IMG/VR virus record: IMGVR_UViG_3300020473_000013
Coordinates: 124,001-188,000 of that record
Reading direction: 5' to 3' (one strand)
Length of the DNA stretch: 64,000 bases
The notes under the pieces were generated by a model. That model was not told the DNA's origin and did no database searches. It saw nothing but the letters and a program-made list of their open reading frames with translations. The position numbers and the translations under genes were made by a program. Position 1 is the stretch's first letter. The number at the start of each line of letters is the position of its first letter. Shown here piece after piece: positions 37,952-47,256 of this stretch.

Positions 37952-38128
37952 ATGTTCGATAACAGTTGCATCACCCCGCTCCGCAAGCACAAGCCACACA
38001 TCGTCCTGATAGGAGGCTACTGGAGAGTAAGCAAGCTCCACAAGCCTTACATCAACAGTGTGTGGTGGAATCACGCGCACGCCTTTATCACGCGCCTCAA
38101 TTCCGAGCAGCGTCCCAATGAAGCCTAA
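37952..38128 (+). CDS. small hypothetical protein (58 aa, not in the ORF track)
   Basis: MFDNSCITPLRKHKPHIVLIGGYWRVS...; GAGG RBS; TGTAAAG at 37915; terminator directly after. Confidence 0.55.
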   Translation: MFDNSCITPLRKHKPHIVLIGGYWRVSKLHKPYINSVWWNHAHAFITRLNSEQRPNEA

Positions 38129-38130
38129 GG

Positions 38131-38166
38131 AAAAGCCCCGATCGCCTAGTGCCTTCGGGGCTTTTT
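38131..38166. terminator. intrinsic (possibly bidirectional) terminator
   Basis: AAAAGCCCCGA...TCGGGGCTTTTT. Confidence 0.8.
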
Positions 38167-38180
38167 CGTGTCTATGGAAC

Positions 38181-38195
38181 TGTAAATATCTGGCA
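38181..38195 (+). promoter_or_regulatory. putative phage promoter TGTAAA-N6-GCA
   Basis: TGTAAATATCTGGCA between the terminator and polA. Confidence 0.6.
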
Positions 38196-38228
38196 TAAGC
38201 GATACACGCTTTGTTCGGAGTCCATTTT

Positions 38229-41210
38229 ATGAAGAAGCCCAAGTATGTAGACTTGAGCTACAGGTTCTCCCCATCGTATCGGAATCTCCAAAACGATTTC
38301 AGTTACGTGCAGTTGGCCAAGCATAAGACCTCGAAGTCTAAGGAGAAGATTCTCCTTGTGCTGGACTACATGCCTACGGAGGACCTGAAGTCTGGTCGTA
38401 TTCTCTCAGGTGCCACAGGGACGTTGCTCAAACGCATCCTCCAGGTATCCAATCAGTTTTACGGTGAAGAAAGGACACTCGACAGCTATAACTGGCTAGC
38501 GGTGTCCTATCATGCGTTCAAGACCTCTGGTGAGAGCCCTGCCTTCAAGGAGGGAGCCCACAAGGAATTCCGGAAACGTCTCAACCACATCATTGCTGAG
38601 TACAAGCCCGACACGGTGATCACCTTCGGCCCTGATCCTTACAAGGCGCTGAATGGCACCAAGATCAACGAGTACAACGGTAAGCTGCACCATCTGTTCG
38701 GCGTCCCGACCCCGACCACCATCAAGCACAAGGGCGAGAAGCACAAGTTCAAGCATGTGCCTTCCCTCAGCCTGAATACGCTGGTGAACGACGCTGGCAA
38801 GGGTAGCGAGATGGCGCTCGCCGGTTACGTGGCACGTAACCTCGTGAACGGCCTACACGGCAAGCTCAAGTACCGCATACCGAAGCGGCCCGACTACCAG
38901 ACAACACTTATCGACACCGTGGAGAAGTTCGATAAGATGTTGAAGAAGTTGCTGCGGGCCAAGTACGTGGCAATCGACACGGAGACGGAGAACCTAAACA
39001 GGCGCGCTAACAGGATGCTGACGCTCCAGTTCGCCTGTAGTACCAAGCGTGCGTTCGTTTTACCGTACTTCCACAAGGACAGCCCGTTCACCGCGCAAGA
39101 GCTGGAGTACATCGCCAAGAAGCTCCGCAAGTTCTTCGAGGTGAAGAACGAGAACAAGTACCACGTATTCGCCAACGCCACGTTCGATCTGACGGTCCTC
39201 CGCAAGAACCTCGGCATCCGGTACTTCAAGACGCAGGTGTGGGACCTGTTCGCCGCCGAGTTCGCGCTCGACGAGAACATGAAGTTCCTTAGCGGCGTCA
39301 CAGGCCACTATTACTACAGCCTGCTCAACCTGAGTATGCAGTACGGGTGCCCTGCGTATTACGAGGCGGAGTTCGGCAAGGAGAACAGGAAGACCATTGT
39401 CTCCGCCGACCTGAACGACGCGCTCCTGGAATACTGTTCGCTGGACGTTGTGATACCGCTGCACATCATGCGGGTCCAGATGGAGCGGGCGGCCGACATC
39501 GAATACGAGAAATACGAGTCCATCGTATCGGAGCAGATCAGTGACATGCTCCACTCGTTCTCTACGTTCGAGTACAACGGCGCCTACACGGACATCGAGT
39601 ACCTGTTCTACCTCAAGACGAAGGACAGTCCGATCCGTGCGGAAATGCTCAAGATCGAGGAGCGCCTCAAGAATACCAAAGGCGTCCAGAAAGCCAACAA
39701 GATACTCAGTAAGAAGAAAGGCGCTCCGACTGTCGGCCTGTGGGGCAAGTCCACCTTCGACCTGTTCGACATCGGCAAGCAGGACCACCAGCGCCTCCTG
39801 TTCTTCGACATCCTCAAGCTCAAGCCGTTGCAGAAGGGTAAGTCCGGGCACGGCAAGATCGACAAGAAGTTTCAGGAGAAGTATTCGGACGTCGAGGAGG
39901 TCAAGCTCTACTCCGAGCTCCAGAAAGCCAAAAAGCTGTTCAATGCCTACGTCAAGTCCTTCATCAAGAACTGGGGAGAAGACGAGGACATGCGGTTCGA
40001 CCGTCGCATCCGTCCTCACTTCAAGTTCCTCGACGTTGTGACGGGTCGTACATCAGCCCAGAAGCCCTCGCTTCACCAGATTCCTTCTCGGTCCGAACTA
40101 GGCAAGCATATCAAGCGCCTGTTCATCACCGAGGAAGGTCGCATCATGATCAAGGTCGACTATGCTGCGCACGAGGTGCGCTGTTGGTCCTTGTTCACAG
40201 GCGATAAAGATGTGGCCAACCTGTTTGGTAAGGGTATGGACATGCGCCAGCGCTACAAGCTGGCACCTGATCCTGGCCTCCTCAAGAAGATCGACCTCGA
40301 GGGCGACGTTCACAAGATCAACGCCAGTTACTTCTTCGGCGTACCGATCGAGAAGGTGGACAAGCCGATTCGTAACGCGGTTAAGCAGGTTATCTTCGGT
40401 CTGATCTACCAGCAGGGTCTGAAAGGTCTGGCTGAATCGACAGGCCAACCGCTCGCCGTCATCGAGAAGCTGGTCGAACAGTTCAAGAAGAAGTACCCGG
40501 TCGGTGTATCGTGGTTCGACGACATCAAAGGGTTTGCTCGCAATCACCTATACGTCGAGTCTCCGCTCGGTCGCCGCCGTCACGTTTGGGGTCTGTTGAT
40601 TCCCGACGATGCTCCGAATGCTGATTCGTGCAAGGCGCGTAACGAGCGTCAGAGCGTGAACAGTCCTATTCAGGGTATGGGTTCCGACTTCCTGATCAAT
40701 GGTAGTCGCCAGATCGAACGCCTACGCTTCGAGCATTTGCAGGAGACCGGTCACTACCCTGACTTCTATCAGGCTAACTCGGTGCACGACTCCATCATCT
40801 TTAGCTGTGCTATCGAGGACTTCTGGACAGCCATCAAGATCATCGAGGAAGGTCTCACCGCCGCCGTTGCAGAGGTGTCCTACGAGCGTCACGGTATGGA
40901 GTTCCATGTTCCGCTGGAGATCGACTTCGAGATTGGCTCCAACGAGCGTGATGTCGAGGGTTGGGATTACAGCATGGAGCATCTGTCCAAGATCATCAAG
41001 GGTACGGCCAAGACTCACAAGGAGTGGGAATATAAGGCCAAGGTCAAGACGATGCACGACGACATCATGTACCAGCAGTACGACCAGATGCCTGATTGGG
41101 CTAAGAAGCAGTGCTGGAATCTCGGTTGGAAGCTCAAGGGTATGAAGAAAGACCCTCGCTCCAAGAAAGACAAGCACAAGGTTGTCACCGAGAGAAAGAA
41201 GGCGGCCTAA
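38229..41210 (+). CDS. polA: family-A DNA polymerase with N-terminal UDG-like domain and 3'-5' exonuclease
   Basis: ExoI IDTET; TGRTS..PSLHQIP; motif A DYAAHEVR, B RNAVKQVIFGLIY, C SVHDS; N-terminal ED..SGR..SGATG.LL / YKPDTVITFG resembles family-4 UDG. Confidence 0.93.
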   Translation: MKKPKYVDLSYRFSPSYRNLQNDFSYVQLAKHKTSKSKEKILLVLDYMPTEDLKSGRILSGATGTLLKRILQVSNQFYGEERTLDSYNWLAVSYHAFKTSGESPAFKEGAHKEFRKRLNHIIAEYKPDTVITFGPDPYKALNGTKINEYNGKLHHLFGVPTPTTIKHKGEKHKFKHVPSLSLNTLVNDAGKGSEMALAGYVARNLVNGLHGKLKYRIPKRPDYQTTLIDTVEKFDKMLKKLLRAKYVAIDTETENLNRRANRMLTLQFACSTKRAFVLPYFHKDSPFTAQELEYIAKKLRKFFEVKNENKYHVFANATFDLTVLRKNLGIRYFKTQVWDLFAAEFALDENMKFLSGVTGHYYYSLLNLSMQYGCPAYYEAEFGKENRKTIVSADLNDALLEYCSLDVVIPLHIMRVQMERAADIEYEKYESIVSEQISDMLHSFSTFEYNGAYTDIEYLFYLKTKDSPIRAEMLKIEERLKNTKGVQKANKILSKKKGAPTVGLWGKSTFDLFDIGKQDHQRLLFFDILKLKPLQKGKSGHGKIDKKFQEKYSDVEEVKLYSELQKAKKLFNAYVKSFIKNWGEDEDMRFDRRIRPHFKFLDVVTGRTSAQKPSLHQIPSRSELGKHIKRLFITEEGRIMIKVDYAAHEVRCWSLFTGDKDVANLFGKGMDMRQRYKLAPDPGLLKKIDLEGDVHKINASYFFGVPIEKVDKPIRNAVKQVIFGLIYQQGLKGLAESTGQPLAVIEKLVEQFKKKYPVGVSWFDDIKGFARNHLYVESPLGRRRHVWGLLIPDDAPNADSCKARNERQSVNSPIQGMGSDFLINGSRQIERLRFEHLQETGHYPDFYQANSVHDSIIFSCAIEDFWTAIKIIEEGLTAAVAEVSYERHGMEFHVPLEIDFEIGSNERDVEGWDYSMEHLSKIIKGTAKTHKEWEYKAKVKTMHDDIMYQQYDQMPDWAKKQCWNLGWKLKGMKKDPRSKKDKHKVVTERKKAA

Positions 41211-41226
41211 CAGTCGGAGAACAATA

Positions 41227-41649
41227 ATGGCACTGATTCGATTCGGCGTCGAGGTTGATAGACCTCTCGCCACTTTCTTCCAGCTCACTGGGTTGGACGA
41301 AACCGAAGTTCCGCGAATCATCCGCGACTCTCCTCGCCTGTGCATGAAGACCTGCGTTACGCGGGAAAACGGCGGTGATACTATAGACACTAGCCGTATC
41401 GACATGTATTTGGAGACTCTGGAGAACGCTGTAAATAAACACGCAGAGAGACAACTGGAGAAAAATGGGTTCAAGGCCCGCGATCCTAAGATAAGGGTCG
41501 TTTGCTGTTTTGTCGAAGACGAGGACCTGAGTAAGAAGGCTCGTGGAGACGGCACACTCCAGATCAAATTCTACCGCTGTGACGCGCTGGAACCCAAACC
41601 CGGCTCCCGCCTCATCGGAATACTGAATCGCACCGAGACGTACCATTAA
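41227..41649 (+). CDS. hypothetical protein
   Basis: 140 aa; GGAG RBS. Confidence 0.65.
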   Translation: MALIRFGVEVDRPLATFFQLTGLDETEVPRIIRDSPRLCMKTCVTRENGGDTIDTSRIDMYLETLENAVNKHAERQLEKNGFKARDPKIRVVCCFVEDEDLSKKARGDGTLQIKFYRCDALEPKPGSRLIGILNRTETYH

Positions 41650-41663
41650 GGAGATAGGCAGTA

Positions 41664-42854
41664 ATGCTCAAGAAAATTTCAATCAAGACTGGCGCTAGCT
41701 TCGGGTTCGTCTGCGAGTCCTCTAAGTTGTCAGGTGCTATTACCAAGGCTCTGACGGTAAGCTCCTTTTCCAACAGCGCGGATAGCGAGAAGCACCACTT
41801 CATCCTGTCCAGCAAGGGAAACCTGTATGTCATCGGCTATTCGCCTGAGACATTCATCATCATTCAGGTTCCCAATGTCGAAACAGAGAAGGATGGCATC
41901 CTCGGCTTCACTCCTGGCATCTTGCAAGGCTTGATCAAGAACAGGAAAGAGCTGGAGTTCAGCTTCAACAAGGGCCAGCTCGACTTCAAGGCTATCAAGG
42001 GCAAGTACAGTGCCAACATCGAGACCATTGCCGTCACCGATGATCACGTTCCTCATATCGAGCGGATGCTTAACCCTAAGTCCAAAACTAAGGCCAGTTC
42101 CATGAGCGGGTCGCTGCTGGAGGAGATTCGTAAGGGCGTGAAGTGCGCGGACCTGCGCGACTTCTATAACGACGAGCAAATCCTCTGCGCCATCCGCGTC
42201 AAGAAGAATACGCTCGACGTGTCGGCCCATGATAACTTCCACATGTCCTACTACAAGGCTCAGGTGGAGGACGCCAACGACTTCGAGCTGGCGATCCCTG
42301 TCAACACTTTCAAGCTGATCGACCGCTTTATCTCCGACGAGAAGGAAGATGCTGACTTCTTCCTCGACAACAAGCAGTTCCGCATTGTGGGCAAGACCTA
42401 CATGGTGACCCTGCCTCCTGTACAGGTAGACGAGGACTACTTCGACCGCGTGCCCGGGTACATTCAGTCCCTCAAGAACCCGCTGGTCCAGTTGAAGTTC
42501 AACGCCGAGGCTATCCGCACAGTGGACAACATGTTCACCATAGCGGACGACGAGACGCGCCTCAGCCTGACAGTCCAGAAGTCGGGCACAGTCGGTATTT
42601 CGCTGGCTACCGAGAGCGGCAAGATCAGTGACGGGTTCAAGTCGAAGAAAGTGAGCATCGACGGTATGGACAAGGTCTCCTTTATGATTGACCCTCGCAT
42701 CTTCGCCGACCTGTTTGGCAAGGTGCGTGATCGTAAGGAGGTTCCGATGCGCCTGTTCAGTAAGAGGAACAAGGGCGTGTCTTCCTGCTTCATGATTTCC
42801 GGTTCTACCGAGACGTCCAAGTCCTTTCTGGTAGGTACGTACTATGAAGAATAA
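41664..42854 (+). CDS. dnaN: probable sliding clamp (DNA polymerase III beta-like)
   Basis: 396 aa with three repeated alpha/beta units; VSAHDNFHM resembles clamp ATDGHRL; next to polA in a genome encoding DnaX. Confidence 0.6.
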   Translation: MLKKISIKTGASFGFVCESSKLSGAITKALTVSSFSNSADSEKHHFILSSKGNLYVIGYSPETFIIIQVPNVETEKDGILGFTPGILQGLIKNRKELEFSFNKGQLDFKAIKGKYSANIETIAVTDDHVPHIERMLNPKSKTKASSMSGSLLEEIRKGVKCADLRDFYNDEQILCAIRVKKNTLDVSAHDNFHMSYYKAQVEDANDFELAIPVNTFKLIDRFISDEKEDADFFLDNKQFRIVGKTYMVTLPPVQVDEDYFDRVPGYIQSLKNPLVQLKFNAEAIRTVDNMFTIADDETRLSLTVQKSGTVGISLATESGKISDGFKSKKVSIDGMDKVSFMIDPRIFADLFGKVRDRKEVPMRLFSKRNKGVSSCFMISGSTETSKSFLVGTYYEE

Positions 42855-43287
42855 AGGGAAGATCAGCTTCCTGCATTCTTTGGTCGACCCGTTCGAGTAT
42901 AGCCCGAACGCTCTCAACTCCTTCGAGGAGTTGGGGGCGGGTCCGCAAGGCGAGTACCACGTCGCCGTGTTTTTCCGCAACGTGGTAGCTTCCGTTCTCC
43001 AGATCGACTACAAGAATCCGATCAGAAGCACCAAACACTCCACTCTATACAACATCACCAACACGGGAGGCACCGTCTACGGCCTCCTTTTCGTCGTCAA
43101 TCAAGACAAGTTCCGCATAGGTTCCAATCACATGGTGATCGACGGCGATAAGGCTACCGTTGGAGACTTCTCTCCATTCCCGTTCTCCGGTGACAAGTAT
43201 AGCGTGTCCATGTACCGGGATAGTGCCGATACCCTGTTGGTCAACGTCGGTGAATCCGATTCAAAACTCGTAGTGTTGGATGACTAG
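42844..43287 (+). CDS. hypothetical protein
   Basis: 147 aa; overlaps the upstream gene end. Confidence 0.65.
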   Translation: MKNKGKISFLHSLVDPFEYSPNALNSFEELGAGPQGEYHVAVFFRNVVASVLQIDYKNPIRSTKHSTLYNITNTGGTVYGLLFVVNQDKFRIGSNHMVIDGDKATVGDFSPFPFSGDKYSVSMYRDSADTLLVNVGESDSKLVVLDD

Positions 43288-43289
43288 CC

Positions 43290-43832
43290 ATGGCAGATAA
43301 ACAAGACCTGTTGCGGATCAAGCGCTTGATCCAAAAGGACAAGCGCGTCAAGAAACTGGACCGCGCGTTCGAGCAACTTGCCGAGTACAACCTTCCTATC
43401 AGGGAAATGTACGAGGAGATCGAGCGCATCCACATGACGCGGAAGACGCGACACTTGGACAAGAGCAGCGAGACGTTCGTGCAGGACGTTACCGACGCCA
43501 TGCTCAACGATCAGGCCAGCCGTTCCCGCCTTACCGAACTCCTGATGTCGTGTATCCACGCGAAGCGCAATCTGGAGAACACGCTGGAGAACCTGGAGGG
43601 CTACCTGATGATCGAGTACGCTGACCAGCTATCTCCCATCCGAACCAAGGCGGAGCGCACCAACTTCATCAGCCACCATGTGATGTCCAAGTACCACAAG
43701 TACATCGACCGCGTGGCTCGCATCAAGGAGGCCGCCGAGCTGGCTACGGTGGACATCGACAAAGCCGGTTATATGCACCGTAATCTTATCGAAGCCATCA
43801 AGCTGGCTGCTGGTCGCCGCGAGGTGATGTAG
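43290..43832 (+). CDS. helical protein, possible UvsY-like recombination mediator
   Basis: 180 aa all-alpha ORF with TKAER motif, immediately upstream of the UvsW-like helicase; function is inference. Confidence 0.45.
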   Translation: MADKQDLLRIKRLIQKDKRVKKLDRAFEQLAEYNLPIREMYEEIERIHMTRKTRHLDKSSETFVQDVTDAMLNDQASRSRLTELLMSCIHAKRNLENTLENLEGYLMIEYADQLSPIRTKAERTNFISHHVMSKYHKYIDRVARIKEAAELATVDIDKAGYMHRNLIEAIKLAAGRREVM

Positions 43833-43837
43833 CGCAC

Positions 43838-43852
43838 TGTAAAGACGTTGCA
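43838..43852 (+). promoter_or_regulatory. putative phage promoter TGTAAA-N6-GCA
   Basis: TGTAAAGACGTTGCA in the intergenic gap. Confidence 0.55.
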
Positions 43853-43882
43853 TATTCATCCTAAGAACCATAGGGACCCAAT

Positions 43883-45535
43883 GTGCCTAAACACGACTAT
43901 GACGACGAGACCATCATCGTCCGGGACAAGATATACGTCCCGGCGGATACTGTGGATGTAGAGGCCGCCCAAAACGCCTACACTCACTACATGTATGATG
44001 AGAAGAATTGCAAGCGGTGCCCGAATCGTCCACTGCGTCACAACTTCGAGTGTGACCAGTGCTTGTCTTTCAAGGGCGCCATTGCTACCTGCAACACCAC
44101 GTTCAAGAACGGCATCGAGTATGTAGGTCTTCCTCTGGGCGACCGTTTGAAAGTGGAGCGGAAGGTCGGATTCGACATGTCCGACTACAAGATCATCGAC
44201 ATGCGGAAGAAGCCCAAGTTCGATTATCCTATTAAGCTCCGCAAGAGTTTCAAGCTCCGCGATTACCAGGAAGAGGCTGAGAACGCTTGGTGGGACTACA
44301 AGCACGGCCTGATCGTGGCACCACCCCGCTCGGGTAAGACTCCGACGATGTTGCACCTTGCGGTGCGTATCGGATACCGGATGATCTTGCTTGCCAACCA
44401 GCATGAGTTCCTCCAGCAGTTCGTGGAACACATCGAGGAGCTGACCAACCTTCCGCATCTTGAGAAGAAGTACGGCGTGAAGTTGTACGGGTTCCCGAAG
44501 AAGATCGAGGACTTCGACACGCTCCAGATCGCGGTCTGTACATACCAACAGTTCGTTAGCGAGAAAAATGGGCAGGAACGCTTTAAGCGTGCCATCAAGA
44601 ACTTCGGCACGGTCGGCGTCGATGAGGTACACAAGGCCAACGCCAACGAGTTCGCCCGCGTCATCAACCGCTGGCCTGCTCGCGTGAAGTTTGGTGTGAC
44701 GGGTACCGATAAGCGGAAAGACGGTCGCCACATCGTATCAGCGGAGATTATCGGTCCCGTGGCTGCCCGTGTGGAGATCGACCAGCTCACTCCAAAGCTC
44801 GTCGTCCACGTCTGCGACTATGTGAAGTCGCGCAGCAAGTTCCGAGGTCCTGCTGGATTCACCTATGCTTGCCAGTTCCTCGCCAAGCATGAGAAACGTA
44901 TGGACGAGATTCTGTCCTACGTCCTCAAGGACTTATCGAAAGGCCACAGCATCGTCATCCCAGTGATGTTCAAGGAGCACGTCTGGGACCTCGTCAAGCG
45001 CATCAACGATCTTGCAGGTGACGAGGTGGCTAAAGGCTTCGTCGGCGGCGGAGGCAAGCGCAACAAGGAGCAACGCGAGAAGATCATTGAGGAAGCTCGC
45101 GAAGGCAAGGTACGTGTAGTCGTCGGTATCCGCAGTATCATTCAGCTCGGTATCAACATCCCCCGTTGGTCCTGCCTGTACTATATCGTGCCTATGAGCA
45201 ACGAGCCGAACTGGAAGCAGGAGTCCTCTCGTATCCTGACGCCGATGGAGAACAAGCGACAGCCGTTGATCCGTATGTTCGTCGATCCTGAGATCGGCCT
45301 TAGCCTAGGCTGCTTCGTTAGCACCTACAAGTCCTCCATGAAGTTCAAGCACGCGCCTACCGACACCGCTCGCGAGCGTGCAGGCGAAATGTTTGAGCTG
45401 CAAGGTGCAGGGCGCCGCAGTCTTGAGGAGGATAGCGGTATCGAGATCGACTATGACGCCGACGAGAACTATCAAGGCGGCAAACGTAAGTCCAAACCCA
45501 AAAAGAAGAAGGCGAGCGGCCTCTTCGGACGTTAA
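43883..45535 (+). CDS. SF2 DNA helicase (UvsW/XPB-like) with N-terminal Zn motif
   Basis: LRDYQ, APPRSGKT, VDEVH, VTGT, GINIP, QESSRI; CKRC...CDQC. Confidence 0.88.
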   Translation: MPKHDYDDETIIVRDKIYVPADTVDVEAAQNAYTHYMYDEKNCKRCPNRPLRHNFECDQCLSFKGAIATCNTTFKNGIEYVGLPLGDRLKVERKVGFDMSDYKIIDMRKKPKFDYPIKLRKSFKLRDYQEEAENAWWDYKHGLIVAPPRSGKTPTMLHLAVRIGYRMILLANQHEFLQQFVEHIEELTNLPHLEKKYGVKLYGFPKKIEDFDTLQIAVCTYQQFVSEKNGQERFKRAIKNFGTVGVDEVHKANANEFARVINRWPARVKFGVTGTDKRKDGRHIVSAEIIGPVAARVEIDQLTPKLVVHVCDYVKSRSKFRGPAGFTYACQFLAKHEKRMDEILSYVLKDLSKGHSIVIPVMFKEHVWDLVKRINDLAGDEVAKGFVGGGGKRNKEQREKIIEEAREGKVRVVVGIRSIIQLGINIPRWSCLYYIVPMSNEPNWKQESSRILTPMENKRQPLIRMFVDPEIGLSLGCFVSTYKSSMKFKHAPTDTARERAGEMFELQGAGRRSLEEDSGIEIDYDADENYQGGKRKSKPKKKKASGLFGR

Positions 45536-45544
45536 GGAGATTCT

Positions 45545-45904
45545 GTGTTTATCCTCGACCAAAACACTAGAGAGGTCCAAGCTTGGTTTGCACCGGGCTG
45601 CCCTCCTCTGTTCTTCATCAGCACGGACGCAGGTCCTCTTATGGACCCTCGCATCGTGCATAGCTTGCAAGAACTGCTGGATACGTTCTGTGCCGACCTC
45701 GACTCTCCGAGCGCGGACATCGTTAACCTCGTCGCCTTCTTCAACAGAGGGCCGATCAATCCTCCTTGGGTTATACGGCATGACGGTGATATACAAAACG
45801 CTATCAATCGCGTGCTAGTGTCCAACTATCCGTATCGCGATGTGATCGAAACGGACATGGAAAACCTGCGCGACTTCTTCCCCGCACCTGACAACGACCA
45901 GTAA
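45545..45904 (+). CDS. hypothetical protein
   Basis: 119 aa; GTG start with AAGGAG RBS. Confidence 0.65.
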   Translation: MFILDQNTREVQAWFAPGCPPLFFISTDAGPLMDPRIVHSLQELLDTFCADLDSPSADIVNLVAFFNRGPINPPWVIRHDGDIQNAINRVLVSNYPYRDVIETDMENLRDFFPAPDNDQ

Positions 45905-45912
45905 GGAAAATC

Positions 45913-46227
45913 ATGGAACTGCCCACCTTCATGTACGCCGCATCCGTCATCCTCCTCATCGTCAACAGCGTCCTGCTCATAGTGATGCTCGCTCTCTTTC
46001 GCCTCGGTATTTTCCGCGGGCCTCGCGGCTTCAACGGACCTCCTGGCGCTATGGGTGCGATGGGTGAACCTGCGTCCATCATCAGCTTCATCGCCGTACT
46101 GTCGAGTCTGGACGATCTTCCTGACGATCCTGAGCACGCCGACTGCTATATCGTCAACGGGCGTTACATGGTGTACTCCAACGTGGAGGAGAAGTTTCAG
46201 GATGCTGGGTCCATAAGCCGTGCGTAA
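45913..46227 (+). CDS. membrane-anchored collagen-like protein
   Basis: N-terminal TM helix followed by six Gly-X-Y triplets. Confidence 0.65.
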   Translation: MELPTFMYAASVILLIVNSVLLIVMLALFRLGIFRGPRGFNGPPGAMGAMGEPASIISFIAVLSSLDDLPDDPEHADCYIVNGRYMVYSNVEEKFQDAGSISRA

Positions 46228-46228
46228 G

Positions 46229-46243
46229 TGTAAATAGAGAGCA
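46229..46243 (+). promoter_or_regulatory. putative phage promoter TGTAAA-N6-GCA
   Basis: TGTAAATAGAGAGCA, identical 15-mer to 16325. Confidence 0.6.
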
Positions 46244-46281
46244 TCAGCTAACGAATAGCGCATTGTATATTTGAGGATCGC

Positions 46282-46941
46282 ATGTCCGCCAATCCACTAA
46301 AAGCCCCGAAGTTGAAGTTCCGCTTCGAAGGCAAACGACAGAAGGTAATGCGATCCCGGGGTGTTGATGGTGTTTTGTTCGCAGGCCAGAGGAATGCTTT
46401 TGAGTTCGACATAGCTGCGGTCCGAATGAAACCTGATATTCCCGGGATCATTACCAAAGGTATCTCGGTAAAGCGTCAGGTCAAGACGCTGACCAAATTG
46501 TTTTCCAATCCGCTGCGCGGGCACCCTGTCATAGGCATAGGTAGCTTTCCGTCTGACCTGCGGGCCAAGATGCTAGCCGCTAATCTTATGGATCGCGCAA
46601 TCATGGCTCAAGACTTGGCTAAGCGCGGTCGACTAGCCATTCGCGATTATCCTCTGTGGCACAAAGTCTACGGCGGGCTCGGTGACCCTCTGCGTGATAA
46701 AGGACTGCCTGATAATCCAAGCATGTTGATCATATCTAACGTGGATGCCGACAGCACCTCGTTCAAGATAGAGAAGGTGCGAGATATTCTGGAACAGAAC
46801 ACCCACATTCCGCGCGTCGTCGTGGTAAGCGGTTGCGACCCTATGTGGTTCTTTGCAACCAAGCTTCACATGCCTATGGATTATGGCTACTATATAGGTG
46901 CGGATAACCGCGAAGGGAAAGGGAGCATACTGGACCTATGA
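46282..46941 (+). CDS. hypothetical protein (possibly a degenerate DnaC-like P-loop fold)
   Basis: 219 aa; alpha/beta pattern with MLIISNV, but no intact Walker A. Confidence 0.5.
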   Translation: MSANPLKAPKLKFRFEGKRQKVMRSRGVDGVLFAGQRNAFEFDIAAVRMKPDIPGIITKGISVKRQVKTLTKLFSNPLRGHPVIGIGSFPSDLRAKMLAANLMDRAIMAQDLAKRGRLAIRDYPLWHKVYGGLGDPLRDKGLPDNPSMLIISNVDADSTSFKIEKVRDILEQNTHIPRVVVVSGCDPMWFFATKLHMPMDYGYYIGADNREGKGSILDL

Positions 46942-47246
46942 CCATTACAAGACTTCCCATGCCTCCTCGTATGAAGAAGCACTGGCAGGAAAAGCAACGC
47001 TCCGCGATCGAGGCCAGAATACTTCCTCGGTTACTCAAGCCTGAGACTCGCGAGCTTTGCCACTTCCAGCTCAACGGAGGTTTCAGTCTCACCATCTATC
47101 CTGTGGAGGGACAGGACAGATTTGCCTTGCGTCGAGTGTTGGCTGAGTTGGAGAGCGCGGGTGTTGTGGCTAACTCCATCTTGTTTCATAACGAACTCCA
47201 GACACAGCTTCAATTTGGATGGCGCGACGCGCTGCACCAAGAATAA
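46938..47246 (+). CDS. hypothetical protein
   Basis: 102 aa; ATGA coupling. Confidence 0.55.
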   Translation: MTITRLPMPPRMKKHWQEKQRSAIEARILPRLLKPETRELCHFQLNGGFSLTIYPVEGQDRFALRRVLAELESAGVVANSILFHNELQTQLQFGWRDALHQE

Positions 47247-47256
47247 GGAACCACCC

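Noticed and set aside
37907-38242. 111-aa minus-strand ORF
   Set aside because: Crosses a terminator, a promoter and the polA start; the + strand 58-aa ORF with RBS fits better.
28111-41210. Inteins or introns in the SNF2 helicase or polymerase
   Set aside because: No intein splice-junction or LAGLIDADG motifs were seen; reading frames are continuous.
41430-41445. TGTAAATA inside the 41227..41649 CDS
   Set aside because: Spacing to GCA is off by one and it lies ~230 nt from the next start; may be an internal promoter but is not supportable.
41730-42980. Long antisense ORFs (416 aa here; also 39060..40019, 61452..62474, 23752..24648 and others)
   Set aside because: They mirror well-supported + strand genes; expected from codon bias that leaves one antisense frame stop-poor.
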